A stretch of DNA of 62,571 nt, the filler included, from Squatina squatina (lineage: Eukaryota): NCBI GenBank assembly GCA_031763465.1. It is 3 parts of 3 records of this genome, joined end to end, with 100 filler letters (N's around TTAATTAATTAA, not from the genome) between each part and the next. Parts side by side here need not be neighbours in the genome. Positions count along the whole stretch, not along the records: positions 21,820 to 43,812 come from JARFOE010000192.1; 2 more parts are not named here. One strand, 5' to 3'. Numbering within the stretch: the first letter of the stretch is position 1; every line of letters starts with the position of its first letter. A model generated the notes under the pieces. That model worked only from the letters and a program-made list of their open reading frames with translations, ran no database searches and was not told where the DNA came from. The translations under genes and the position numbers were made by a program. Positions 27,150 to 41,000 of this stretch are shown here, one piece after another.

Positions 27150-27297
27150 ATAACCATGGCAACTTGCGTCCAATAACTGCTGCCGAATCTTCTGCAGCAT
27201 CAGTACCACAAGCAGAGCATCCAACACACATTAAGAATCAACTGCTCCGAAGCTGGCTCTCAGCCTCCCATAGCAGCCAGCTTGTCACCATGGTAAC
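27150..27297. promoter_or_regulatory. Pair of RFX X-box motifs
   Basis: GTCACCATGGTAAC (27284-27297) is a full match to GTNRCC-N2-RGYAAC; ATAACCATGGCAAC (27150-27163) has one mismatch. Confidence 0.45.
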
Positions 27298-30200
27298 TAT
27301 TGTGCTTGCTCATTGAACTACTTATTACGACAAATTAAAGGCACACCAACACAACTCTAAACGAAGGCCCCTGGAATTAAATGCTGCTAAAAGTTACACC
27401 ACTAAAATTACATGTGACAAGTAGATGGCAAGTACGCATTAGCTACAAACACAGGTGTTGCTAATAAAGTTATATTGAAAATAAGTAACGCTTAACTTTC
27501 TTCACAAAATCTCTCCCCTACACATACACAAACACACACTTCATAGCTGTGGACACTGTAGCCTGGATTTTTCATGTGGGTGTGATTCCTACGAGAGATG
27601 TGGACTTAAACATATCGCCGGCACCATCTGGATTGCTTAGATTTCAGTGTTTGAGGTTTCTGGTTGCAGGGGGCTGTCTGTTCTGGTTTGTTCAGGATTG
27701 GTAACTAACCACAAAGAGGCATCACACAGGACTTCACTGATTAGGAACTACTTTTCTGCAGATTTGTGCCCATTAATAGTGGCAGGGCCAGGAGGCGAAG
27801 AAATTATGTTACTGGATGTGCTAGGATAACATCTTATGCATGCCCTGCGGCCGACCCTCTCTGATGTGGCAGAAAGGAGGCAAGGCCAGGCTGCCCATGC
27901 AAAAAAAGAGGTAAGTGNNNNNNNNNNNNNNNNNNNNNNNNNNNNNNNNNNNNNNNNNNNNNNNNNNNNNNNNNNNNNNNNNNNNNNNNNNNNNNNNNNN
28001 NNNNNNNNNNNNNNNNNAGGTGCTATATAAATGCAAATCTTTCTCTTTTCTTTTTGACGAGAAGGAAAAAATTACCCCAAGGCTTTTACATGCTGGGACA
28101 TATTTAATGTAAAGTTGTGCTGCCCTGTCCTTTTGATTATTCCCATCTACCAAAGCACTTCTGTCATTTGGTCCGTGCTACAGTAGCTTGTTCATTAAAG
28201 CAGATGCTGGGAGCCTCTCCAACGTTTCTTTCCTTAGAAGTTATATGACAGCCAATAGCGCTGGATGCAATCTGTTTCATCTTAGCTCAGATGAATATTT
28301 GGACGGCTGGATGAGATGTCAGCTCAGGATAGTAATTGCCTGTGTGAAATCAATCCAATTAGCCATGTAAAGCAGTTGAACCTTGTGCTTGTCATTCTTT
28401 CGAGGTGCCACAGAAAGGCCACTTGGATACGGAACAAATGGTGGTCAGATTGCCAACTGGTGCCTGGTTGAGTGGTGATGAAGAGAGCCAGCAAATGCTT
28501 AATAAAAATAAGTGTTACTTCTGCTTGGAGATTGCTCCAGCTAAGTGTGACTGTTAGTAATTATAGAGTGTAGTGGAGCCACACTCGCCTGTTGTATCAC
28601 TACTTTTTTTTAATCAAGAACCAGGTGCTTGGAATGTACTGTCCTACATGCAGATGGACCTGTTAAAAGAGACTGTAACCAGGGATCGAAATATCTTTGC
28701 TCACAACCATTCCCAGGAACAGTTGTTCTGATAGTTATTATGTCAGGATTGTTGGAGGCATCAACAGCAGCTGCAGGCGACGCACATGACATGAAGCTCG
28801 TAAATGTGTGCAATGCAATGTAAATTAATGATCCATTATGCATAAGGAACAGACACATTTCCTCGCATGGTATTTGAAACCAGGTCCTAGATCAGAGAAG
28901 CAAAGGTTTGCAGTGTGGAGGTCAAAATGGTGGCAGTTACTATCTGCTTTCTTCAGAGATCAACCAATACCAAAGAAGATGGAGTAGAAATCATTGACTG
29001 GATTTGCCAGCGAGGATTAAGCACTCATACCCCAGTTTTGAAAAACCAAGCATCATACCATTGAAAGTCATATTGAAGCCTGTTGTACAGATTAACTGAT
29101 AGTTATTCCTATGAACAACTGCAGTCAAGTATTATTCATCTTCAAGACACCACGCACAAAATAAATGACAGAACAGAAATTTGAAAATATTCTCCTGAAA
29201 GCAAGCAAGAGAAAAAACTTGGTGATTAAAAAGTGACTTATTAAATAACAATACAGAAAGCAAGACCACCCAAAGGACATTTACCAAATCAAACACAATT
29301 CTTAGCAGAATTTGCCTGCAAGCCACAAAGAGATTTGGGCAACAGGAGTATTCACGGGTGTTGGTCAACATTTACAAACAAATAGACGGGTCTTACATTG
29401 ATATTACTGACAAGATTATAAGCTATTTGAAAGCCAAACAACTGCAACCAATAAAATAAAAAAAAGAATCTGATGNNNNNNNNNNNNNNNNNNNNNNNNN
29501 NNNNNNNNNNNNNNNNNNNNNNNNNNNNNNNNNNNNNNNNNNNNNNNNNNNNNNNNNNNNNNNNNNNNNNNNNNNTTTAACTGCATCAGGTTTTGCTAGC
29601 TGTTGGATAAAAAAAAAAGTCTGACAAAGCAATTCCTCAATTATATGCCTCCCCTTTAAATGCATTGCTTAGTACTCAGAAATGACAAACACACCATTAA
29701 TTTAAGTTTGATGTTATACATGCGCTTGATAACATTCCTGGGAGATGGCATGAATCAGTGGTAAAGACATAAAATGCTGAAGGAAAATCATTTATTGCAG
29801 CAGTTCAGAAAGCACCATTTGCATGAAAAGTGAGGAATATAAAATGGTCTGTGTCAAGGGGCTTTAAATGGTCGATGCTAGCTTTATATCTTCACATTTA
29901 CCTCCCATATAATCAAATGGTGGCCTTCAGGACATAACATCTTAAGTTCCTTGCTTAAATAACATTGAATATTTTTTCTTGCTGATTCACAGCAACCCAA
30001 TTGGTAAAATGAGCCGACTGATGGCAAAATTTGAGATTAGGTTAAATAACGGGTTCACGGTTTAGACAGTAATGGTCCAAAATACCATAATTATATACAA
30101 GTTCTTGATCGGAAATCTTTCTCTGGAAGCTATGGGAGTGGGGAGAGGCTGAAGTTGGTAAAGGATCAATTAATATGATTTTTCACATAAAAAAACAACC

Positions 30201-31506
30201 TAAGAAATATACCTAGAACNNNNNNNNNNNNNNNNNNNNNNNNNNNNNNNNNNNNNNNNNNNNNNNNNNNNNNNNNNNNNNNNNNNNNNNNNNNNNNNNN
30301 NNNNNNNNNNNNNNNNNNNGCAAGGTAAACACTGCGCCACCGATCTCCACCCTCTCCCCCAGACGAATTTAGTCTTGTTACTGTTGCGGCCATTTTCAGC
30401 AGCCGTGAACTCCAGTTGCCAGTGACACGGCCAACTTTTTGTGGTGAACACAAGTTTCTCGGCCAGTGCGTTTCTTGTTGTTTTGGAAAAATCTACCAGG
30501 AACCATATTCATTTGTTTGGGAGATTGTTCCTTCCGAGTAAATATGTTTTTCAATGAAATATGCCTTGGAGTGTTTGTGGAATGGAATGTGTGACAGGCT
30601 TCATTCTTTTCACATTACATTTATGCCAAAATGATTAGAATCCAATGTCGTTGTTCTCAGCGTGCAGGAATACACATTTGTTATACTGGAGATAAGCTGG
30701 CAGCAGTGTGTAGCGTATGATGTGGAATTATGATTACAACACTTCCTGGAAAATATACTTAATTAAGGTGTCACATTAGCAAGAGGGATCCCTTCAATTC
30801 GGATGATATTCAGTGATAGAGGTACAGACCTCCCTTGCAATACTTGGAGAATGAACTTCAACAGGTGGCTGGCATTTTTCTTTTTTCATAGCCAGATCTA
30901 AGAGACTGTAAAGCAGTGGGCAAACCATTGGGAGATATTAACCTACAGGTACAGAGTCAGTTTTTGATATAGTGGCCTGGAAATTTGGTGGTCCCGCGCC
31001 TATTTTTCGTGTGCTGAACTGCGGACTAAGCTTCCAATATGAGGGACAGGAAGCATGCACCCATTATGGGCCGGGAGTCTGCTGTCCGTCACATTGGTAA
31101 CGGCAAAAAGATAGGCATCGAGAAACACGTGTTAGACCCCTTGCAAGTCCCATTCCAATGTTATTGTTGCAATATGAGCATTGAGGCAATGTTACAGACT
31201 CTTTACCTAATCTTTCACCAGGAGCCACCATTCCAAGGCGAACGTAAAAAAAATGGGAAATATGAGTTTATAGGAGATGGTTACTTAGGAAAAGGTCATC
31301 AAGTTTAATTAAGAAGATATTGTATGATGGCCTAGAAATTCAAGCTGGGGACTAGCTGAAGTGTTCTTGCAGAGAGACGGCAGAGGCTCGACGGGCCGAA
31401 AGGCTTNNNNNNNNNNNNNNNNNNNNNNNNNNNNNNNNNNNNNNNNNNNNNNNNNNNNNNNNNNNNNNNNNNNNNNNNNNNNNNNNNNNNNNNNNNNNNN
31501 NNNNNN

Positions 31507-31685
31507 CACCCCTCCATTTCCTTAAAAGCTCGCTAGATTTCTAACTTTTTCCAGTTCCGACGAAGGGTCATCGACCTGAAACGTTAACTCTGTTTCTCTC
31601 TCCACAGATGCTGCCTGACCTAACCGGCTGAGCGTTTCCCAGCATTTTCTGTTTCTATTTCAGATTCCAGCATTTTGCTGTTGTA
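31507..31685 (+). mobile_element. Penelope-related or SINE 3' element
   Basis: gaagggtcatcgacctgaaacgttaactctgtttctctctccacagatgctgcctgacc. Related copies at 36585-36815, 9030-9125 (-) and 58565-58660. Confidence 0.65.
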
Positions 31686-34600
31686 TTAGTGTTATAGTGT
31701 GGGCTGTGTTTGTGTAGTTTGAACAAAGGGAAGTTGAATAACGTTCAAAAATAATTAAAAAGGAAACAAAAATTCAGCATCCTAAGGTTTTCCCAGTCCA
31801 AAAATTAGACAGTCTCGCACAGAGCAATAATCCTATTTTGGAGGAGAAAAATGAGCCAGAGTTTTTAGCTTCTACTGGCTGTTTTGTGCTTTCCTGGGAT
31901 TATTTAAAGGGCGCTGTTTTCATCGGCCCTGATTCTAATAATGACAATGTCGCCGGGCCCCCGATCGGCATCTTTAAACAGACCCTGGCCGCTTGGGGTG
32001 GGGTTCCAGTTCAAAAGAGTGGGTTAACATTGGGAAACAGTGGGAAGGGGGTCAGAGGGGGTAAGACGCTGCCCTTATTTTAACTGCCCCAACACCCCCA
32101 CCGGCCCGGTTTGTACCAGGTGGGGGAGCGAGAGTTAAAAATGGGCCCAGTTTGCATGAAAACATTGATGCATCATGTCAATTGTAGCTAAATTTCACGG
32201 TGAAGAAAAAGCCTCTTTAGGTCTACAAGAAAAGGATAGCTTGTCAACCGCTGCCCCTTTAAGCAAGCATTATTTCCGCAGAATAATGTGAGCTGCCATT
32301 ATCTAGCCCATAATATGCATGCAAAGCATGTTGACACGCTCAGTCTAAAACTAATTAATCCAGTGCAACGGTAGTAATAGGATTTTGTGTGGATTGTAGA
32401 AGTACAGAATCAGGCTTCACAATTTTTTCAAGTACTTAAGACTTATTCAAATCATGCAGCTTTTTTGTAATTGACCCCTTACAGCTCTGAATCTTATCAA
32501 GCCCTCGCAGTCCAAGGGACGAGGACAGAAAGAATCAAGTGATAATGAGCAATAAGGTACACGGTACTGCTGAAAATGTGCGCTGAGATTGTCTTGTGCA
32601 CAAGGTCAAAACTAATAATCAAACGTTTTATTGCGATCATATAACATTTCAGCACATTTGCCACTGGGCTATTAAAACGAATTTATGGTTTGATATGTTG
32701 CGATATTGAGTCCAAAAATTTACACCTCTTCCGCCAAGTGTATTTCAGCTCGGCAAGCGTGAAATTTCTAACTAATGAAGTTTTACTAGTGATGAATGAG
32801 CAGAAATAGGTGAGGGACACAATGCATATTCAGGCGACACAATGCATATTCAGGGTAAAGTGCCTAGTCTGAGCTAATCCTGCCATTATTCAACAAGGCA
32901 GATCTCCCTTTTCATTANNNNNNNNNNNNNNNNNNNNNNNNNNNNNNNNNNNNNNNNNNNNNNNNNNNNNNNNNNNNNNNNNNNNNNNNNNNNNNNNNNN
33001 NNNNNNNNNNNNNNNNNCGGTTCAAGAAGGCGGCTCATCACCACCTTCTCAAGGGCAACTAGGGATGGGCAATAAATGCTGGCCTTGTCAGTGACGCCCA
33101 CATCCCAGGAACAAATACATTTAAAAAAAAATGTAGAATCATGCAGCAAGTAGAGGTTCATGAAATAGAAACAAATTAATTCTACAATTCATTTTTTCTA
33201 CCAGTGTGCATTTAATCTCCGACTCCTATGAAGAAATAGAACGAGAACGCAATTTGTTCCCGCCTCCGCTCTCCTTTTCTACATTCACAGCCTATAAAGA
33301 ACGTTAATATTTAATAAATGTTACAGCGTCTTCTGAAGCAGAAGCGAACGAGAGCAGAATGTAATATCCTTAGTTTTATTGCTAGAGTAGGTTTATTTAA
33401 GTTATAATGAACTCAGTAATGTCTTTTTGTCGATTTAGCATGACAGGGCTAATAAACAGATGCAATAATGAAGTGCTAAATTTTGCAATAATGGCCATAA
33501 GTCAAGGTCAATATGTAAGAAATTAAGATAGCTTCCAGCAGCAGTGTTCAACTCTAAATCTAATTTTTGTTCTATGAATAAAATCATTTGAGAGGAAATG
33601 AGTCTTTGGTAAGTATCACAGCTTTTTCAAGTAAATCAAACACTGTTAATGACCTTCACAATAGTCCTCGCTGATGACACCATTGCTGTCTGCTGCCAGT
33701 TGTGTTCTTGGACGCAAGTTGGAAATTTGCACTGAAATGGTCAGAAATGTCATCGGAATTGCTTGAGTGGGTTTGCTTGTACAGATTTGGAACAAAGGCA
33801 TGAGTGAGTCGCTAAACTTCACCTGAGCAGAAACCCACATGCTGCCAGCAGTATAACTGCGTGCTGCCAGGTAGCTCTGCTCCAAAGTAGCTGCCATTGT
33901 TAAATTAGCACCTGCGGTAAAAGTTGCCTGTTAATGTTTGTTTGAAACCCAGATTCAGACCCGAGTTAAAATTACAGTCGGATCTCCATGATGTCATTGG
34001 GCCGTGACATGCATATGTAAAGAAGGACTCTCTTGACTCCTTGTGCATGACCTCGCTGCCTGATCTAGAGAGCAGGTTAAAATGCTAAACGTTGCAATCA
34101 TGGCAGCTTTCAGACAAGTAAGAGCCAGGGCGATTTCAACTGCCCACCCTCCAGGTTTCCGCTGAGCGAGTAGAATTAAACTCTCCCCCAATGTGAACTG
34201 GCTATTTCCACAAACATTTGCACATCCATTTGTGTCCAGTATAAAAATTCTGTTGCTTTCAGTGCCAAAAGAAAAATTAAGATTATCCAATAATTAAAAT
34301 AGCATAACAAAGTGAGAATTTAGTACTGAGCAAATTCAAATGATCAGATAATTGGAATGAAATGGCCTTCTGTAGCTAAATATCCACATATGCATCAAAA
34401 CGTGGTGTAGGTAAAAAGGAACATGCCTTTACCCTACATTACAAGGTTTGTGACTCCGGGAATTACAGACACATATGCACAATGTCAGATTAACTGTAAC
34501 CACCTTTATTTGTTTAACTCACGTCAGATCTTGCACGCATTCAATGATTCTAATCAATATAACGTTCACAGTGTAAATATCCCCAGGCTCAAGTGCTGGT

Positions 34601-35999
34601 CAGGCGTACCTTGCCCTGGGTGCCTCACTCGGTGACCAAACTGAGGACTCGTTCGTGACTGCAGCAGTAATGTTATGCCCTTTTNNNNNNNNNNNNNNNN
34701 NNNNNNNNNNNNNNNNNNNNNNNNNNNNNNNNNNNNNNNNNNNNNNNNNNNNNNNNNNNNNNNNNNNNNNNNNNNNNNNNNNNNCAGAAATTCGAATAGC
34801 CATAGTATATTATCATTCAGCTTTTTAAGATTACCATGAGTGTAGAATTTATGCATTAACAGCTCAGCCATGTTGTCAATTCCAATCCAGCGAATAACGC
34901 ACTGTTCAAAATATAATCCACCATTTAAAGAATTACAGGGGCTAAATTACTGCAACTAATTCACTCGCGACATCTATGATATATGATGGTATAACAATGC
35001 AGAAAGGAAGTTGAGAGTTCTAAAAAGACTATTGGAAAAAAATGACCAAAGAGTTAAGGACCACGGAGGAGGGATAATCGCACAAGCAAGTGGTTGTAGA
35101 AATGCCGCTGAATAATTGTGAAGGGATTAAAGTATTAATTCAATGAGGCTGGAGCTATTCACAATGTTCATGGCACTAATGATAAATGATAATTAACACA
35201 CAGACTGAGCGTGAAGAGGTTTTGATGCGTTTGCACATTAAATTCAGCTCTGTTGGTTTGCTGAAGTGCTTTAACATTGAAAAATTCATGATGTTAAATG
35301 GCCCCTAAGATAGGTTTCAATAGAAATAAATAAGAAACACCGTGCTGTTTCCAAATCCAGTGCTAATATACTAAATTGATTGTGAGGGAAATAGTTCAAG
35401 AAGGGATTTTTCACTAGGTTTACTTACAAAAATAGACATCAAATATAGTATTGCCATTAGCATTCTTTCCAGCAGAGAGCTAGGTATAAAAAATATCTGT
35501 TTATAAGCATCTACTTAATAGGAGTTGTGACATCATACAGTTTGGCAAATGTGTTTATCGTACCGATAAGCAAAGGAGGGCTCATCACATTAGCATTAGC
35601 AGTCATGTCTGGCTCTACAAACATCTCACTTTGGCGTTAATCAGGAGAGCAGGTCTCCAAGCAGTTCATTCATAGCAATCAAAAGCTTGCTATCTGATAG
35701 CCAATCCTCTCGCCCTAGCCTTCAAATTCCCAACCCTTTATGACCTCTTAATGACAGGCATGCCTGGTGATCTAGTGAGCTCTACTTATCATCTTGAACA
35801 CTGGACCAGTCAAGGAGATAAGGTGCAAGGTGCCCCCAAGAGTTGTATCTGGACTTGGTACAGCTTAAGAGGTGATCTAAAGGCATTGATTGCAAGATAC
35901 AAGGGGCATCTGCTCTAAACGTTGATTTACATCAGTATCATTGGCTCCCAGTGGGTACCAACTTTAGCGTAGACCCAGTCCTAGAGATCCATACATTCC

Positions 36000-36484
36000 A
36001 GATCTTAACCACTTGCTGTGTAAAAAAGTATTCTCTTATGTCGCCTTTGGTTCTTTTGCCAATCACTTTTTAAATTTGTGTCCTCTGGTTCTTCTGCCAA
36101 TGGGAATAGTTTCTCTCTATCTACCCTGTCCAGATCCCTTATGATTTTGAACACCTCTATCAAATCTCCACTCAATCTTCTCTGCTCCAAGGAGAACAAC
36201 CAGCTTCTCCAGTCTATCAGCGTAACTGAAGTCCCTCATCCCTGGAATCATTCTCAGAAATCTTTTCTGCATCCTCTCTAAGGCCTTCACGTCATTCCTA
36301 AAGTGTGGTGCTCAGAATTGGACAGTAGTCCAGCTGGGGCCAAACCAGTGTTTTAAACAGACTCACATTAATTTCCACACTTTTGTACTCTATACCTCTA
36401 TTTATGAAGCCCAGAATCCCATAAGCCTTGTTAACTGCTTTCTCAACCTGCCCTGCCCCCTTCAACAATTTATGCACACATACC
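36000..36484 (-). mobile_element. CR1 LINE fragment
   Basis: FSLEQRRLSGDLIEVFKII, typical of the CR1 ORF2 C-terminus. Confidence 0.85.
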
Positions 36485-37350
36485 NNNNNNNNNNNNNNNN
36501 NNNNNNNNNNNNNNNNNNNNNNNNNNNNNNNNNNNNNNNNNNNNNNNNNNNNNNNNNNNNNNNNNNNNNNNNNNNNNNNNNNNNTCTCTTAATGTCCCTT
36601 AATCTCTTCTGCCTCCCACCCTATCACAGACCTTCCCTTTTGTTCTTTCCTCCCCCTCCCCGCTTTCCCTGCCCCAGCACTTGCTTAAAAACCTGCTGCA
36701 TTTCTAACTTTTTTCCAGTTCTGATGAAGGGTCATTGACCTGAAACGTTAACTCTGTTTCTCTCCCCACAGATGCTACCTGACCTGCTGAGCATTTCCAG
36801 CATTTTCTTTTTTTTAAATTTCAGATGCTGGGAGGATATTTCCCCTGGCTGGGGAGTCTAGAACCAGGGGTCACAGTCTCAGAATAAAAGGTCGGACATT
36901 TTGGGAACATTGTTGGAAATGGGCATCTGTTGGTCGTAAGAAGAGATGACTGAGATGGGAGGGTGGGAACACCCGGTCCCACCTCATTTCCATGGTAACA
37001 CTGGACATGCATCTGTTGCAGGCACCGACACAGTCCTGCTACTTTTGGAAGTGTTCCAACTCCTTGGACATCATCAAGGAGGCAAAGCGACAGTCCTCTC
37101 TGTATCACTGGGGGAAATGAGTGCTCCCCAAGCATCACGATCACAAATATCAGGGTCTAGGTCATTTATACATCTTCATTAAGACAATGTCCTATTAATA
37201 TTCATACCCACCCTAACAGTTTAGATTGAATTAATCTGCAAAGAGAGAATACATCAACATGTGCGAATCACTGACCCTAAACATTAGCTCCACCAATGAA
37301 GCATTGAACTACTGTGGCAGAAAACTGAAATGGTTGAAACAAAACCTTAC

Positions 37351-37614
37351 CAACTTCAGACATTTCGGGGACAGAAGCAGAGTACGGTCCTTCCAAAAAA
37401 GCTGGCGCATTATCGTTTATATCCTGCACCTTGATGATAAACTCGGACTCAGGTTCAAGGGGCTTGTTGGTTTTTCTGTCCAATGCTTGAGCGTGAAGAA
37501 TGTAATGTATCCTCTGCTCGCGATCCAAACTTTTTGTTGCATGAATGTCTCCTGTACTGTCGTCAATAACAAATATAGAACCAGCTCCTTCCCCTGAAAG
37601 GATGTACTTGACCG
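37351..37614 (-). CDS. CDH18: Cadherin-18 EC1 exon (5' end lost in gap)
   Basis: [88 protein letters not shown]|gtaagg; contains the type II cadherin LDRE and DINDN motifs. Confidence 0.93.
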
Positions 37615-37714
37615 NNNNNNNNNNNNNNNNNNNNNNNNNNNNNNNNNNNNNNNNNNNNNNNNNNNNNNNNNNNNNNNNNNNNNNNNNNNNNNNNNNNNNN
37701 NNNNNNNNNNNNNN

Positions 37715-37950
37715 TCCCCATAGTCCTGCAACAATTTCCTTTTCGGGTGTTTATCTAATTCCCTTTTGAAAGCTACTGTTGAATCTGCTTCCACCACCCT
37801 TTCAGGCAGCGCATTCCAGATCACAACAACTCGCTGCATAAAAAATGTTCTTCTCATCTCAACCTCAGGTTCTTTGGCCAATTATCTTAAATCAGTGTCC
37901 TCTAGTTACCAACACTCCTGACAGTGGAAACAGTTCCTCCTTTTTTAGTC
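37715..37950 (-). mobile_element. CR1 LINE 3' fragment in a CDH18 intron
   Basis: RRTFFMQRVVVIWNALPERVVEADSTVAFKRELDK. Confidence 0.85.
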
Positions 37951-38191
37951 TATCAAAATAACTTCAAATGTCACACAAACTGGCATGTNNNNNNNNNNCT
38001 TGTGCAGTGTTTGGTCTTTTGCTTATGGAGAGAGGTAAGAAAAGGAATGTGGGATGGGTGCTCTCCCCATCGGGACAACCTGAGGATTTATTAACTGTAT
38101 TTGAATTCTCACTAAGATATGATTCCAAAGAAAATTAATTTGGAAAACAATTGTTTTCACAATGTGATATTATAAGAGCTGACTCCTTTAC

Positions 38192-38413
38192 CTTGCCCAC
38201 GTACTGAGCTTCTGGTCCGATGTGTTCTTCTAAAACAAAGAATTGATTCCAGACCCAACCACGCTTGGGACGATGATGTACTTGCTTTTCCCCCTCTAAG
38301 TGCTTGCTTTGGTTTCTTGACACCTTAATCGAGTTCTGGAGAGATGTTGCGAAACAGTCAATACCAAGGCAGAGCAGCACAGGGCACAAGGAAAGAGTGG
38401 ACGGAATTTTCAT
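38192..38413 (-). CDS. CDH18: Cadherin-18 first coding exon (signal, prodomain, start of EC1)
   Basis: [17 protein letters not shown]...[47 protein letters not shown]|gtaaag, closely matching the CDH18 N-terminus. The exon's acceptor (tcaatag|) puts its 5' end at 38662, giving about 250 nt of 5'UTR. Confidence 0.95.
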
Positions 38414-40740
38414 GGTGAGACCAAGTCTATTTTGATCGAAATTCCCTTGTTGCTTTCAGTTGTTTTCCTAAGTGCAGCTCTGGCGCCCGATAAATCCAAT
38501 ATCAGAAGGCAACCTGAGGAGATCTGAATACTTCCATGGTTTGACCACCCACTGGGGAAATGTCAGCATTTATTCACATCATGGGGAATTAAATATCCAT
38601 TAACCAGGATGTTGGTGTTCTGTAGACCTGATCAAATCTTCCTGTGACTTAACATGTTGCACCTATTGAGAAGAAAAGGAGAAATAATATTTAATCATCA
38701 TAATCAGAAAAGAAAATTCCTTTTGTTGACTCAATCACCTGAGGCATTTGAAACGCAACCAACCATTTACTATTACTTGACACCCAAGAACAGATTGTAA
38801 GATTCTGTCCTGAAGCACAATAGCTAGAAACATCAATAAGAACCAGGTTCGAGCAAGTGCAGTGAAACGCAAGTTGAGTAAAGAGAACACCAGCCATGTT
38901 TTGGATGTTTGTTTTCATTTTTAATCCATTAAGGTGTCAGTACTGAGGTTTAGTAAGAGCATTCCAGAATGTTCACTTTAGACTGTTAAGGCACGAGTTA
39001 TTCTCAATGGGGGCAAAATTCCCCTGGAGCGCCCACCTTTTATGTCCACCTGAGAGGTTCTTAAGGGATTGGACAGGCTAGATTCGGGAAGAATGTTCCC
39101 GATGTTGGGGAAGTCCAGAACCAGGGGTCACAGNNNNNNNNNNNNNNNNNNNNNNNNNNNNNNNNNNNNNNNNNNNNNNNNNNNNNNNNNNNNNNNNNNN
39201 NNNNNNNNNNNNNNNNNNNNNNNNNNNNNNNNNTTAGGAGGCAGTGGGGAGAAATTACATCAATCTGAAGAAATGCAAAGATAAATGAGTTTATAAAGCA
39301 GAGGAGAGGAATGGTGAACTGAGTCATAATTGAGCAGCAGCAGACAAATTTTGTGTGTGGGCGATTTACTTGAACTGCAATTGAGAGCTAAGGTACAGGG
39401 CAAATGGCGAGTGAATTGTTTCCATGAGTTACTGTTACCAAGACAGAAACTGCTCCTCGCAAAAGCTTTTACAAATACACATCTGAAATATGACTTGATC
39501 TTCAATAAATAGAACATCAGGGACTTTAAACATTAGGCTGTGGACGAAAGATTAGAAAACATGGCAATGAAGGAGCTAATTTATCAAATTTACGTTCTGT
39601 TTGATTATGAAGATTAAAGTAAGCTCCTTTGTAAAATTTACACCATCCTTTAATCAATTTTGGCAGACATATTACCTTAGATCAACATGCATCGTTTGCA
39701 TATTTTATCATTGCTTATTACTCTAACATGCGTTCCTAGTCTTGCAGATTCATNNNNNNNNNNNNNNNNNNNNNNNNNNNNNNNNNNNNNNNNNNNNNNN
39801 NNNNNNNNNNNNNNNNNNNNNNNNNNNNNNNNNNNNNNNNNNNNNNNNNNNNNTGCCACTACTAAGACTGTGCATGGATTTAAGTCTGATTTTCAGTGCA
39901 CTGACCAATGTTAAAGCAAAGGCTGGCTCTCTTGTGACTTAAAAGCACAGATAAATCTATACATTGAAATTACGCCCTGCCTAATATTAACTTGATCCAT
40001 TCCAAACAGTTGCCTCAATTGCAGTTCCGAACATACCGGCAACATGTTACCGCCATGCTTACCCCAGGCCATAGAAAGTGAGCTGCACCATTACCACTGA
40101 GCTGTGAGCCAATGGGTTGGTGATAGCATTGCTGCCTTGCATATTATCCCTCCCAATATTTGTTCATTTTAGACATCAACGTAATCTTGCAGGGCAACAA
40201 CTTCAAATAAAATATGAAATGGATGCGAAAACTAAGTAAGAAGGAGAAAATATATTTAAAATGTTCGCGTAGCCCACTAAAACTCAAATCGCAAATGGTT
40301 AACTTACGGTTTCTTTCCTGTCCCAGATTCTAAGTTCTTGGCACATTTATTTGCCCATGTTACCTAAAGTGAAGACTTTCTGCACAACATTTTGTGGATT
40401 TTGCTTTTCTATTTAAAAGCCTTATTTAGATTCACTCTTTTTGCTTTATTTTAGTGGAAACTGTCTCCTCATACAGCTTGTGATGCCTCCATTTGAAGTG
40501 GAAATGTTTGCCGTCACTACACCAGGGGAAAATCACACTTGAATGCCTGATCATCCAACTATCGAATTAATATTTAAAACACACAGCGGTCCTAGTATAA
40601 TCATAATGCAAGCAATCAATTCTAAAAAGTCATCCAATAGCTAGTCTTGACATCACACTTCAAGACTGTCGTTTTCTCCTTCATAAATAAATGACAATAA
40701 AATGTTATATGGCTGCAATTCAGAATGGCATCAGTCTTAC

Positions 40741-40945
40741 CTTGTCTGATTTTCCCCTAACATTTAACAAAGTACTCAGGCTTTTCACTTCACCAGCGTC
40801 TGCGCTGATCCTAGTCCTCTGAGAGGTATGCGACTGTGTGATTTCAAATTTCTAATCTCAGATGAACAGTTCCTGCACATCTAAAGAGCTCCCTCTCTGA
40901 TTGGCTCAGGCTGTGACTCCCTTCCTTTTCATCTCCCTCATACTT

Positions 40946-40977
<32 letters not shown>

Positions 40978-41000
40978 CCTTTCTTTTCTTCTCAAGTACT
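40741..41000 (-). promoter_or_regulatory. CDH18: Candidate non-coding 5' exon and promoter of CDH18
   Basis: Strong donor AAG|gtaagac at 40741/40740 on the minus strand, upstream of the first coding exon; a CCAAT box (plus-strand attgg at about 40900) and a (GA)n tract at about 40943-40978. The 5' end is not defined. Confidence 0.5.
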
